Positions 36,690-47,464 of a stretch of DNA of 47,464 bases are shown in pieces. The notes under the pieces were generated by a model. The model was not told the origin of the DNA. It saw only the letters and a program-made list of their open reading frames with translations, and made no database searches. The stretch comes from Octopus bimaculoides (lineage: Eukaryota), in the NCBI RefSeq assembly GCF_001194135.2, contig NC_068982.1:16761194-16808657 (forward strand). The letters are read 5' to 3'. Position 1 is the stretch's first letter; each line of letters starts with the position of its first letter. Both the position numbers and the translations under genes were made by a program.

Positions 36690-37065
36690 TCTATTTGCGG
36701 TTGTTCTTTACTTGAAAGCAGGCAACAACAAATCACCAAAGGTTTCTTGTAGTGCCTTCTCCTGTGACTCACTGTGACAATACTCTCCTTAGAATGCGAG
36801 CTGTACGCAACAATGCTGTCTTCTGCATCACTTCGAGCCTGACAGCAGCACCAATATTCTTAATATGCATTTCAAAGCTCTTGGAAACTGCTCCTAATGC
36901 ACCAGTTACCACCGGTATCACCATTACTTTACTCATACCCCATAACTTTCCTATCCCGTCCTGCGATGGCTGGTATTTCTCACTCTTTTCTGTTTCCTTA
37001 CATGTCACCTTCGAATCGTTTGGTATTGCAATATCTATTATATTTGCTTCTGTTTCATCTTTAAT
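36690..37065 (-). mobile_element. 5'-truncated R4/Dong-like LINE 3' end
   Basis: IIDIAIPND..KETEKSEKY...LWGMSKVMVIPVVTGALGAV...LEVMQKTALLRTARILRRVL plus 3' UTR, abutting ATT/GTT triplet tracts. Confidence 0.85.
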
Positions 37066-37115
37066 ATTATTATTATTATTATTATTATCATTATTATTAT
37101 TATTATTATTATTAT

Positions 37116-37176
<61 letters not shown>

Positions 37177-37178
<2 letters not shown>

Positions 37179-37893
37179 ACAAGACGAAGAGCGTGATGCA
37201 ATTGCAATAGATATTTTATTGGTTGGATGAATATTTCGACAACAAGTCTGTCTTTGTCGAATTCAAAATAAGTAGTGATAAAAATTAAAAATTATAGAAA
37301 TTTAAACGTAAAGTTTGAACGAGAGCAACCAGCGTCCATACGTTGATGGAATGACATCATCAGTTTTTAAGTTACAATTTTATAACAGGCGAAAAGAAAA
37401 AGACAGAAAAAAAGAAAACAGAAAAAAGAGGAAAGAAAAAAAGAGAAAAAAGAATATTTAAACAGTTTTGTATAAATTTGAGGATATTTTCCTGTCATCT
37501 TATTCATTCCTCCAGGGCATGATGTTAATAACCCGTAAACATATTTCTCCTCATGCATTTTGAGAAGTGAAAGTGAAGCAAATTCAAAATATTTTCTGAG
37601 AATATGCACTCTCAAGTCTTTTTCAAAATTGCAGCCGTTTGAAGCAAAATGTTCGGCAAGTTCTGTCGAACTACTGTTATTGTGCCTGACGTCATATCTG
37701 TGCCTGACGTCATATCTGTGCCTGACGTCATATTTGTGCCTGACGTCATATCTGTGCCTGACGTCATATCTGTGCCCATCTGTGAAATATCTATCGTTCA
37801 TCCAGTGAAATATCTATCGTTCATCCAGTGAAATATTTATCGTTCATCCAGTGAAATATCTATTGCAATCGCATCGCACTCTTCGTCTCGTCT
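37177..37893 (-). mobile_element. Penelope-like element remnant 3 with 39-bp inverted termini and internal minisatellites
   Basis: Minus ORF segment STELAEHFASNGCNFEKDLRVHILRK...EEKYVYGLLTSCPGGMN fits the PLE GIY-YIG C-terminal motif HF...DL.V.IL...E..(W)I..L.T..P.GxN. 37177-37215 is inverted to 37855-37893. Confidence 0.7.
37681..37776. repeat. 18-bp minisatellite, 5 full units, each with TGACGTCA
   Basis: tgtgcctgacgtcatatc x5; followed by a 23-bp unit gtgaaatatctatcgttcatcca x3 (~37782-37860). Confidence 0.95.
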
Positions 37894-38074
37894 GTTTACC
37901 TTTGTGAAAAGTTACATCAATCCTTTTAAAATATTATTATTATTATTATTATTAATATTAATATTATTATTATTATTATTATTATTAGATTTTTTTAATT
38001 TTTATTATTGTTGTTGTTGATGATGATGATGATGATGAAGTTGTTATTCTGAAAGACTTGGATAATTTCAATTA

Positions 38075-38203
38075 CCGGTTATTCTTTACTTGAAAGCAGG
38101 CAATAACAAATCACCAAAGGTTTCAAGTAGTGCCTTTTCTTGTGACTCAAAGAGACAATACTCTCCTTAGAATGCGAGCTGTACACGATAATACTGTCTT
38201 CTG

Positions 38204-38205
<2 letters not shown>
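38075..38205 (-). mobile_element. Second short copy of the same R4/Dong-like 3' end
   Basis: Closely similar to 36705-36825 (cttgaaagcaggcaa...ttagaatgcgagctgtac); directly adjoins (ATT)n. Confidence 0.8.
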
Positions 38206-38276
<71 letters not shown>

Positions 38277-38279
38277 TAT

Positions 38280-38975
38280 TGCCTTTGCACCACTTCTAAC
38301 GCTGGAGATGTACTACAGTGTCAGTTGTTCACTACCAGTGAACTAAGGTAGCACCTCTTATTTTTCGAGCACCTTCCGGAGTATTCGAGCGGTTCCAAGC
38401 AGTGTTGTTTTCTGCAAGTGCTCCACCCTTATTGCAGCCCCTAGTTATTCCACGTACTTCTCAAGATTTTTGCTCACTGTTCCCAGGGCTCCGACAATTA
38501 TTGGTCCTACTGCTACCTTTTTCATCGACCACAACTGCTTAACGTCCCATGCTAACCTGTCATATCTCTCGACTTTTCTTTCTTCCATCTGGGCATACTA
38601 TATCTATGATCCAGCATAGTTTGTTTTCTTTCTTAATTAAGACTATGTCCGGCTTCCTATTCTCAATCTCATGGTCGCACTGAATCATAAAATTCCATAG
38701 GATTTTTGCATTTCTATTTTCGACAATACCTTCCATTAAACTTTCATTACTTATTTTCAAAAAAACCTCGTTTCTTTAGCCACATTTCGTTTCTCAGTCG
38801 CTGCTTGCATCACCGCCTCATCCCTAAAAGTTTGTGGTAGTACCAAACTTTTGCTCTGTCAAGTCCGTACTTGTTGCAAGCCTGGCTATATTGTCGTGAC
38901 GTTTCTTATATTCCTTCTGGGCTAGTGGCGTACATTGGCTGGTAATATGCCATACGGTTTCACCGTTTTGTCCAC
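38280..38975 (-). mobile_element. R4/Dong-like LINE fragment (knuckle plus RLE endonuclease), different subfamily
   Basis: ETVWHITSQC..LAQKEY..RHDNIA; ILWNFMIQCDHEIENRKPDIVLI...IIDIVCP; PIIVGALGTV...LQKTTLLGTARILRKVL. (ATT)n on both sides. Confidence 0.85.
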
Positions 38976-38978
38976 AGA

Positions 38979-39016
<38 letters not shown>

Positions 39017-39471
39017 GTTATTATTATTGTTGTTGTTGTTGTTGTTGTTGTTGTTATTCACTGTAAGGCCATGAACTAGCAGAATCGTTGGCATGACAGG
39101 CGAAATTCTTAGCGTCGTTTCATGCCCCTTTACGTTCTAAGTTCAAATTACGCCGGAGTCGACTTTGTCTTTCATCTTTTCGGGGTTGATAAAATGCGTA
39201 CCGTTAGTCCTGGGGTCGATATAATCGACTACCCAGTTCTTCAACTTTCAAGTGTTGTGCCTATAGTAGAAAGTATTATTACTCGTTGTCATTACATCGT
39301 ATCTGTCGTCGTCATCATCATCATCATCATCATCTTCTCTATTTTCATCCTTTTCCAATTTATCACCAGCAGCATCTGTAGCAGCAGCATTATCATCAGC
39401 ATCGTCATCATGAATGTCGTCATAACCATCCTAAATGATTATGTTATGTTTTTGGTATCTCTCCTTTTCAG

Positions 39472-39582
39472 AGACAAAACTACGAATCACAACACGTTAA
39501 AAGTAAGATGAGCGAGGCAATTTGTGTCACATTGTTCTGCTTTTTTCCAACAGGACTTGCTGCGATTTTTTTTGCATATAGA
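39472..39582 (+). CDS. Dispanin/CD225 gene B, intramembrane-domain exon
   Basis: ctccttttcAG acceptor, GTAAGT donor, 111 nt, phase 0/0. RQNYESQHVKSKMSEAICVTLFCFFPTGLAAIFFAYR. Confidence 0.88.
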
Positions 39583-39829
39583 GTAAGTATTTTTTATCCA
39601 ATCATGGGTGTGTGGTAAGAAGTTTGCTTCCCAACTACAAAGCTCCGAGTTCAGTTCTGCTGCACCTTTCTCAAGTGTATACATACACCATTATTTATAT
39701 AGTGGTGTGTCTGGTATGAGTACTAAGTTATGTGGTGTGCAGGTGTGGGCTGGAAGAGAAAGGCATGTGACTGTGAAAAGTGCGTGGGAATCTATGGGGA
39801 TTGGTGTTAGATGAAGAGAAGTGGTGAAT

Positions 39830-40010
39830 TGCCACATTAAGGAGCAAAGGAATGGAGGAAGAGGATTAATTCTTGTTCGCGACGAAGGCAGGAGCCTAGA
39901 TGGCTCCTGTGCAGAGAATTCGAACGCAGAGAGATGTTGCAGAGAATGACCGGTGGAGCGGAATTGGTGTGAGACCGGAGTGTCATTGCCGAGTCTGGAT
40001 GACACTCTAT
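39830..40010 (-). mobile_element. Penelope-like element remnant 4 (GIY-YIG C-terminus, frameshifted)
   Basis: RLGNDTPVSHQFRSTGHSLQHL, then after a frameshift CLRREQELILFLHSFAP*CGN. Fits PVAxHFxxxxHSxxDL...EQxLIxxL...PxGxN. Confidence 0.6.
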
Positions 40011-41088
40011 ACCTTGTGTATGTGTGTTCGATACTGTTTATATCTCTTGAGTTGCTTTTAGTTCATATTTGATTATATATATGTGTTTTGTGTGTGTTTG
40101 TATGTGTGTGCGTGTGTGTTTCTGTGTGTGTATGTATGAGGGGATACCCGTAAGTAAAATTGTTCCATTAAGTCTAACAATAATCACTCCAAGTATTTCA
40201 GCCACAACAGTCTTTTTCCACTCATCTCTTATATCTTTGCCAACTTACCATGTCTTTATAAATAAGGTTTCTATTCATTCAGTGTACATATAATAGCTCT
40301 AACACCAAAGTAGCAACGGGCTTTGGTAAAATATCTACTTTTATAAGAACAATGTTTATGAAACTGATAAATGATATCAGTTCATCACCACAACCACACC
40401 TACACTACAAAATTATTACTAGAATTTATAGTCAAATCAGCATCTCCTCATCCATTCGTTTATTAAGAACAAATTATATTATTCATCTATTTGCTCTTGT
40501 TAAGGCGGTGAGCTGGCAGAATCGGTAGCAAGCTGGGAAAAAGGTTTAGCGGTATTTCGTCTGCTGTTACGTTTTGAGTTTAAATTCCGCCGAGGTCGAC
40601 TTTGCTTTTCATCCTTTCGAGAAAGATTATGTAAGTACCAGATACGCACTGGGATCGATGTATTCGACTTAATCCCTTTGTCTGTCCTTGTTTGTCCTCT
40701 CTATGTTTAGCTACCTGCGGACAATAATGAAACAGATGAATAATATCAGTTCACCACATCCGCACTACAAAAATATTAGTAGAATTTATAATCACACCAG
40801 CATCTTTTCATTCACTCCTTTATTTAGAACAAACTATATTGTTCATCTAGCTGTTGTTGCTAAGTCGGTGAGCTGGCAGAATCGATAACACGCTGAGAAA
40901 AATGTTTAGCGTTACTTCGTCGGTTTTAAAGTTCTGAGTTCAAAATCGACCGAAGTCAACGCTGCCTTTCAACTTTTTGGGGTCGATAAGTACCAGTTGT
41001 TGGTCTTGTGCCAATATTTGAAACTAACGTATTTGTTGTTGAGTTCTATTTACAAGTTCTAAATAAAAACTTTCATTTTCTCTTCTAG

Positions 41089-41241
41089 GCGAAGGCATTG
41101 TACTATAGTGGTGATTCAGCTGCTGGAGTGAAAGCAAACATTATTGCTGGATATTTCATCTGTATATCAGTGTTCGGTGGTTTACTCTCTGTTATCGGTG
41201 TACTTCTTGTACGCTTTGTTATTGGTGATGCATGGAGTTGA
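41089..41241 (+). CDS. Dispanin/CD225 gene B, last coding exon
   Basis: ttttctcttctAG acceptor, phase 0. AKALYYSGDSAAGVKANIIAGYFICISVFGGLLSVIGVLLVRFVIGDAWS-stop. Downstream DNA (41408-41570) is homologous to DNA after the gene A stop (16572-16740). Confidence 0.87.
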   Translation, partial: AKALYYSGDSAAGVKANIIAGYFICISVFGGLLSVIGVLLVRFVIGDAWS

Positions 41242-41810
41242 CATATACAAATTTCATATAAAACGAAGAGTGTTTACTTTTTTTTTTATTCATGTTTAAT
41301 TTAAATCATATAAAATATTCTCAGTAAAAAATCTTTAAATATATTGAGAAATCAGCACGACAGATTATATATTTCATACTAAATCATATATTTCAAATAT
41401 TAAACAATGATATATTCTGATCGATGAACTCTACAGCCCCAACTTGAATGCAGGAACTAAGAAAGGAGTAAAATTATGACAGAGATATTCCTGAACCACA
41501 TGTACCATTCCTTACATCCAATTTAATCATCCGTGAAAGCATTGGGTGATGTTGCATTTTGGTTTTACTTGAATATTCTTTATCATTATCTCTGTAACTA
41601 GCAACATAAATGTTAAAAGAACAAAATTGTTAAACACTTCCCTGGTTTTTCGAAATGTTTCCTTAAAGACAGTTATTTATTTGAGTGTTAAATATTCATC
41701 TCACTCAGTTTAACAGAAATGAGACACCAGATACACAAAAATAGACTGTTACACATTGATAAATGTTGCTATACATGTCAACACAAGATTCTAGATAATG
41801 GTACATAGAA

Positions 41811-42235
41811 GTGGCAAGCTGCGAGCTGGCAGAAACGTTAGCGCGCCGGGTGAAATGCTTAGCGGTATTTCGCCTGCCACTGCGTTCTGAGTTCAAATTC
41901 CGCCGAGGTCGACTTTTCCTTTCATCCTTTCGGGGTCGATAAATTAAGTACCAGTTACGCACTGGGGTCGATATAATCGACTTAATCCGTTTGTCTGTCC
42001 TTGTTTGTCCCCTCTGTGTGTAGCCCCTTGTGGGTAGTAAAGAAATAGGTATTTCGTCTGACGTTACATTCTGAGTTCAAATTCCGCCGAGGTCGACTTT
42101 GCCTTTCATCCTTTCGAGGTCGATAAATAAAGTACCAGTTACGCACTGGGGTCGATGTAATCGACTTAATCCCTTTGTCTGTCCTTGTTTCCCTCCCCAC
42201 CCCATGTTTAGCCCCTTGTGTGCAATAAAGAAATA
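41811..42235 (+). mobile_element. Abundant SINE family (gagttcaaattccgccgaggtcgactttgcctttcatcc core), two tandem copies
   Basis: Same core recurs at ~10770-10920, 16150-16345, 19444-19670, 39070-39285, 40500-40715, 40862-41020 and 42765-42900 (+), and at 21540-21750, 43485-43690 and 46540-46730 (-). Confidence 0.85.
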
Positions 42236-42924
42236 AGAAGTGGCAAAAATTGAAAACTACATTCAAATTTTGACCACATATGTGAAGGAATATTTCTTCT
42301 AGCTTTCATTGATAAATATTTTGGTTAGTATTGGTTTAAATACTTCTTGTCATGTCAAACAATGGGAAGTGAGAGTTCACAACAAACATACGAATGGCAT
42401 TTTGCAAACAAGAAAGTAAATCTCCAACGCACTAAGGCTGTAGGGATAACAGCAAAAAAGATTGAATATCTTGCCCATATAAAACGGGAAAAAAAGAAAA
42501 CGTTGCCAGTTGGCGGCTACTGCACGCGAACCCCTCAGATACCATCTATGGACTGTACCCCTACGGTAAACGGCCCCCGAGTGACAGGCAGCGATAGATT
42601 TAAAGCTAAATTACAGATATTCCAATGCGATAACATTTTATAAACAAACTTTGCAAGTGTTCGATGTGGTTGGTATTTTATAAAAATGAAAATAATGATT
42701 TTTTTGTACTTCAATGATTTTATTTCCAATATGCGCATTGAATTTGTCTGTCTTTATATTCTGGGTTTAATTTCCGCCGAGGTCGACTTTGCCTTTCATC
42801 CTTTCGGAGACGATAAATTAAGTACCATTGGCATATTAGGGTCGATCTCATCGACTGGCCCCATCCCGGAAAAATTTCGGGCCTTGTGCCTAGATTAGAA
42901 AATAATATGCGTGTTGAATTTTAG

Positions 42925-43300
42925 CAGGAGTGGCTGTGTGGTCAGAAGCTTGCTTCCAAACTACATTGTTCCGGGTTCACTCCCACTGCGTGGCACTTTG
43001 GGCGAGTGTCTTCTGCTATTGCTTCGGGCCGACCGAAGCCTTGTGAGTGGTTTTGGTAGACGGAAATTGAAAGAAATCCGTAGTAAATATTGTGTGTGTG
43101 TGTGGGGGGGGGTGTACTTGGGTGTCTGTATTTGTCCGCCCACCATCGCTACACAATCGATGTTGGTGTGTTTACCATCCCGTTACTTAGCAGATCGGCA
43201 AAAGAGACCGATAGCATCAGTATTAGGCTGGAGTCAATTTGTTCGACTAAAGGTGATGATCCAGCATGGCTCCAGTCAAATGAATGAAACAAATAAAAGA
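42925..43300 (+). mobile_element. Another SINE family (ccgggttcactcccactgcgtggcactttgggcgagtgtcttct core)
   Basis: Related copies at ~14075-14500, 21275-21390, 34380-34530 and 39605-39680. The 14075/39605 pair sits at the same position after the CD225 exon in both units. Confidence 0.75.
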
Positions 43301-44793
43301 GTAAAAAAAAGTGAAAGAATATGTAATTGTCTTTAGAACAATATCTGAAAGTAATTTCCGTTAATAAAATTCCATGTAACAAAATGATAGTTGTTTAATC
43401 TTTGTAAACGCATCAATAAATCAACTTGTATATTCCACGACGAACGGCAGCAGCAGCAACACCACCAGTAACTTTGATAATCATTTCTACTAGAGGCACA
43501 AGGCTTGAAATTTGGCGGGGTGGGGACTAGTCGATTACATAGACCCCAATGTTTCACTAGTACTTAATTTGTCGACTCCAAAAGGATGAAAAGCAAAGTC
43601 GACCTCGCCAGAATTTGAACTCAGAACGTAGCAGCAGACGAAATACCGCCAGGCATTTCGCCCGGTGTGCTAAAGACTCTGCCAGCTCGCCGCCCTGGGG
43701 CAACTGTAATAACAACAATACTACTGCTGCTGCTGCTGATCCTTTTACTAATACTACTACTGCTGCTGCTGTTGTTGCTGCTACTGCGTTTCAAAGATTC
43801 ACGTAGGAAGGCATTTACAAGAAACGTGGGCAGATGTAGACTTCCTCACCCAAGCCTGACCAAACAGCACCACCCAAGTACAATTCTTAAAGGAAACACA
43901 TGCAGCAAATCATTCTTCTGACCTCTGTAGTAGTGAAGAATGTATCCTCATTCCCACTTATCTGAAAAAACAGAGAGCGAGGGTGAATATATCTTGTGTG
44001 TCACAAGATATATTCACTGGTCATCTGGTGAGTGGTGGTGCGCGGAGATCAGGATGTGAGTGAATTTCTCCCGTACGTTATGAAATCTAGCCAGGAGAAT
44101 GATTCGGAACAGGACTTAAAGTTTTATTAGACGAATCTAGGACATCTGGAAGAGACCTTGAACTAATACAGCTCATAAACAAGGCAGACCTTCACGTCAC
44201 GGTGGAGTGAAGAAGACCACAATTCACATATATTATGATGCCAACCACCCGAGAGCCTTCTGCCCGCAATAGAAAGTGAAAGTAGAATTACAATCCCAAC
44301 AACAGCATGCAACCATGATATTAGCAATAGTAATAGCAACAGCAACATCAAGAACAAATGTGTTTATGAATGTGTGTATCCGTAACCTCTTTAAGGGCTT
44401 GGGTATAATTCCTGATATAGAGAGATGCAGGAGATAAGTAGGTAGGTGTATGTGTGACCGCTGCTTGTGAAGTGTGCGCGCGAGAGTATAGTCTAATATG
44501 CATGAGTGAATGTGTATATCCGTTGTTATGTGCTTGAATGTATGAGTGTTTGTTTATGTGAGTGCACTCCAGCATATGTGTGCATACCTGCGTGTGAGTG
44601 CAGTATGGTGGGGTTTTTTAATAAGCAAGCGTCTGTGTGTAATTTAGCGTTTGCATTTGTGTTATTATTAAGGGCAAAATGACCCTCCCAAAATAACAAA
44701 TTTGATTCGACACACGAGTTCACATTAAGAATTTTGCAAACCAAATACAAGAGCAAAGTATGTATATGTGTGTATATGTGTAAGTGTGCGTGC

Positions 44794-44831
<38 letters not shown>

Positions 44832-45800
44832 TACATATCCTGTGTGCAAGTCGAGTTACTTTTAAAGCTGCACATAGAATGTCATAAACCAGCTTTCTTC
44901 CCGTATACTTGTTAAGTAACTTCTATACAGAGTGGCATAACTAGATATGAGATACATCGCAAATGTAGGAGAGATAAGGATAAACACAAGTTTATATTGT
45001 GGTTTCTATGTACATTTCACCATTATTGTTGTTTGAAACACAGAAATAACCGTCCCAAGTGCGATTAGATGTTGGAAAACGATCATCATAGTTATATGTA
45101 GCTTAATATTCCCCGATGACCCATTGTTGTTGAACATCTAGAATGCACTTGGAACACCTATTGCCGGGCTCCAAACCAGCATAATGTTGAAATATGTGTA
45201 CGAATCATATTGTATTAATACTGACTCAATAATTTCGTATTTATACACAAACACACGTATACCAACACACACGTATACCAACACACACGTATACCAGCAC
45301 ACACGTATACCAACACACACGTATACCAACACACACTCACACGCGCGCACGAGCACACTTTCACACAGATATGTTTTAGATACAATACGGAAACAACTTA
45401 CATGTACATTAGTTCGTACAATAAATATACATGAATACGTATAGAAAAAAAAATATTTGACGTTATTCTGCATATATGTCTTGTGCTTGAAACAGCGATT
45501 TCCGTACAGAAAGGAGGGAAAGTTTTGCTGCTCATTACTAATTCGTGAGAAATGTTTACTTCGTAAAGAAAGAAACATGGAAGAAAGGTTGGGAGTGAGA
45601 GGTATTAGCTACTTGTATGGGCAATGAAATGAGTAATACACGCTCATTTGACCCAATTGTCAATGGATATTTTACATAATGATATGGCATTTAACAGTAT
45701 GTAATTATATTTCGCCAACAAAAACAATATTTACTTTAGAAATGCTCACACCGACACATACAAAAAAACACACAAATGCATACGCATATGTATATATGTA

Positions 45801-45846
<46 letters not shown>

Positions 45847-47464
45847 TATATGCTTGTGATTGTGTATGTGTATGCACACTCACACCTACTCCAACTTACA
45901 CACATAGCATGCATGTTTTTAAATATAGAATTTTCGTTGTCAAAATATATTTACAGATTGTATCCTAAATATTAGGCCTTTTCGTTACAATTAACTTCAT
46001 TTCTCCTTCCTAACAAACAATCTACTGCCAAGCTGGTGCCTTGTAAACAAACATTCACTCTTGACTTACTTCACCTCAAAAACATTAGACTTGCTTAGTC
46101 CAACTAACTTCAGTGAAACTTCTGGAAAATCTCGGATCTTCAACACTAATGTAATACAAAGGAGGTTTATTTTTTTTATCTTATTCTTATTTATTTATTA
46201 CTACTTTTTAGGTTTCCTAAACTCCTCACAATTACAGATCAGTTACACGGGTGTTTCTCAAACGAGAGCCATTCGTACCCTCACAAAATACGGTCTCACA
46301 CATGATACGTGAAGAAAAATGGCGTATTACAGACACACCTGTGAAGTATACAACATCAACTGCTAAACTTACGACCACTTTTTTATAATGTTATTTAACT
46401 TTTCGCGCTAGTTTCGACAGTGTAAATGTTGTACATGATATTAATTTTATATTCTTAGTTTTCATTTCTTACTCCGTTGAAACTGGACTTGCTAAGTTAA
46501 CTACTAATGAAAAATTCCAATCGTCTTGATAATCTTTTCTACTCTAGGCACAAAGTGAGGGTACCAGTCGATTAGATCAACCCCAGTACGCAACCGGTAC
46601 TTACTTTATCGACCCCGAAAAGATGAAAGGAAAAGTCAACCTCGGCGGAATTTGAACTCAGAACGTAAAGAAAGACGAAATACTGCTGAGCATTTCGTCC
46701 GGCGTGCTAGCGTTTTTGCCAGCGTGCGGCGTCTTGCAATCGTCTTAATAATGTCAAGGTGAATATTTTGTTACTTGCACAGATTAGGCGCTGTTAAAAA
46801 CCTCACATATTTAGGTCAGCTACAAAGCTATCGCTGACTAAGAGTAACAATCCTTTAATTTTGTTACTCAATAGTTTAGTATGTTAAGGCTGTTGTATGT
46901 TTCTATTTTACGAAGTGTTGTCAAAATGTATCGACCTTGTATTTTTTTTTTTTGTACAAAATAAAGATCTTTGTGGTTTTCGTCACTGTTTACAATTATC
47001 TTTAAACAAATTTGTTTAATGTATCATAGAGATGTAATTCTTGACGCTGAATCCGAATTTGTTATTCATTTATTCCAGAAAAATTTTGCAAAAGTGTTAC
47101 AGGTGTTCAAAGTTTGATAATTTTCACAATTTTCAGTCAATCAGAAAACCACGTTCGCTGCCTCTTCCATCACTAGGGGCGGTTTGGACATCGGCATGTC
47201 ACAATATTAAGCTAGTTACAGTAAACTGAAAAGCATGAAAACATTCGCGAGCAAATTAAATACTTAAAAGCTACGAACGAACCAACAGGTGTTGCTAGAA
47301 GTAACAGTCAAACCATTAAAATATACACGAGAAAAGTAAACAGTAAAAATAGTGAAAATCATTCGCGAGTAAATTAAATATTTAAAAGGTACATTTATAC
47401 TCACATTTATACCAACTATATCCAGATTATAAAACTCACATTTAAACCAACTATATCCAGATTT

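Larger units (their letters stand above)
21420..45800 (+). repeat. Tandem segmental duplication, unit B
   Basis: Same collinear blocks as unit A, with different unit-specific TE insertions. Confidence 0.9.

Noticed and set aside
37681-37860. Short repeats as a possible CRISPR array
   Set aside because: Contiguous tandem units with no unique spacers, in eukaryotic context with no cas genes.
46250-46480. Possible Tc1/mariner-like end (tacacgggtgtttctcaaa)
   Set aside because: No matching inverted end or transposase remnant found.

Overview
AT-rich eukaryotic genomic DNA, dense in microsatellites and with four assembly gaps. The SINE types resemble those of octopus, but the species assignment is inference. 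Most of the window is a tandem duplication: unit A spans ~20-21260 and unit B ~21420-45800. Each unit carries three + strand coding exons of a CD225/dispanin (IFITM/PRRT-like) membrane-protein gene with a Pro/Tyr-rich, PPxY-bearing N-terminus; the start-codon exon was not found for either gene. By hand alignment the two CD225 exons are only ~58-68% identical between paralogs, while sampled flanking non-coding DNA is ~83-89% identical, which suggests diversifying selection. Gene A has also lost its ancestral exon acceptor (CAG to CAC). Other notable items: a hammerhead ribozyme with a complete core in a Penelope-like element (PLE) 3' region, four distinct PLE GIY-YIG remnants, a duplicated ~600-bp module with mini-gene architecture, a five-copy CRE (TGACGTCA) minisatellite in an intron, a ~530-bp fold-back element, R4/Dong-like LINE fragments, a mariner remnant and many SINEs. 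No rRNA, true tRNA or CRISPR array was seen. Most ORF-track entries are microsatellite or gap artefacts. All identities are hand counts, and TE boundaries are approximate unless a TSD or terminal repeat is cited.
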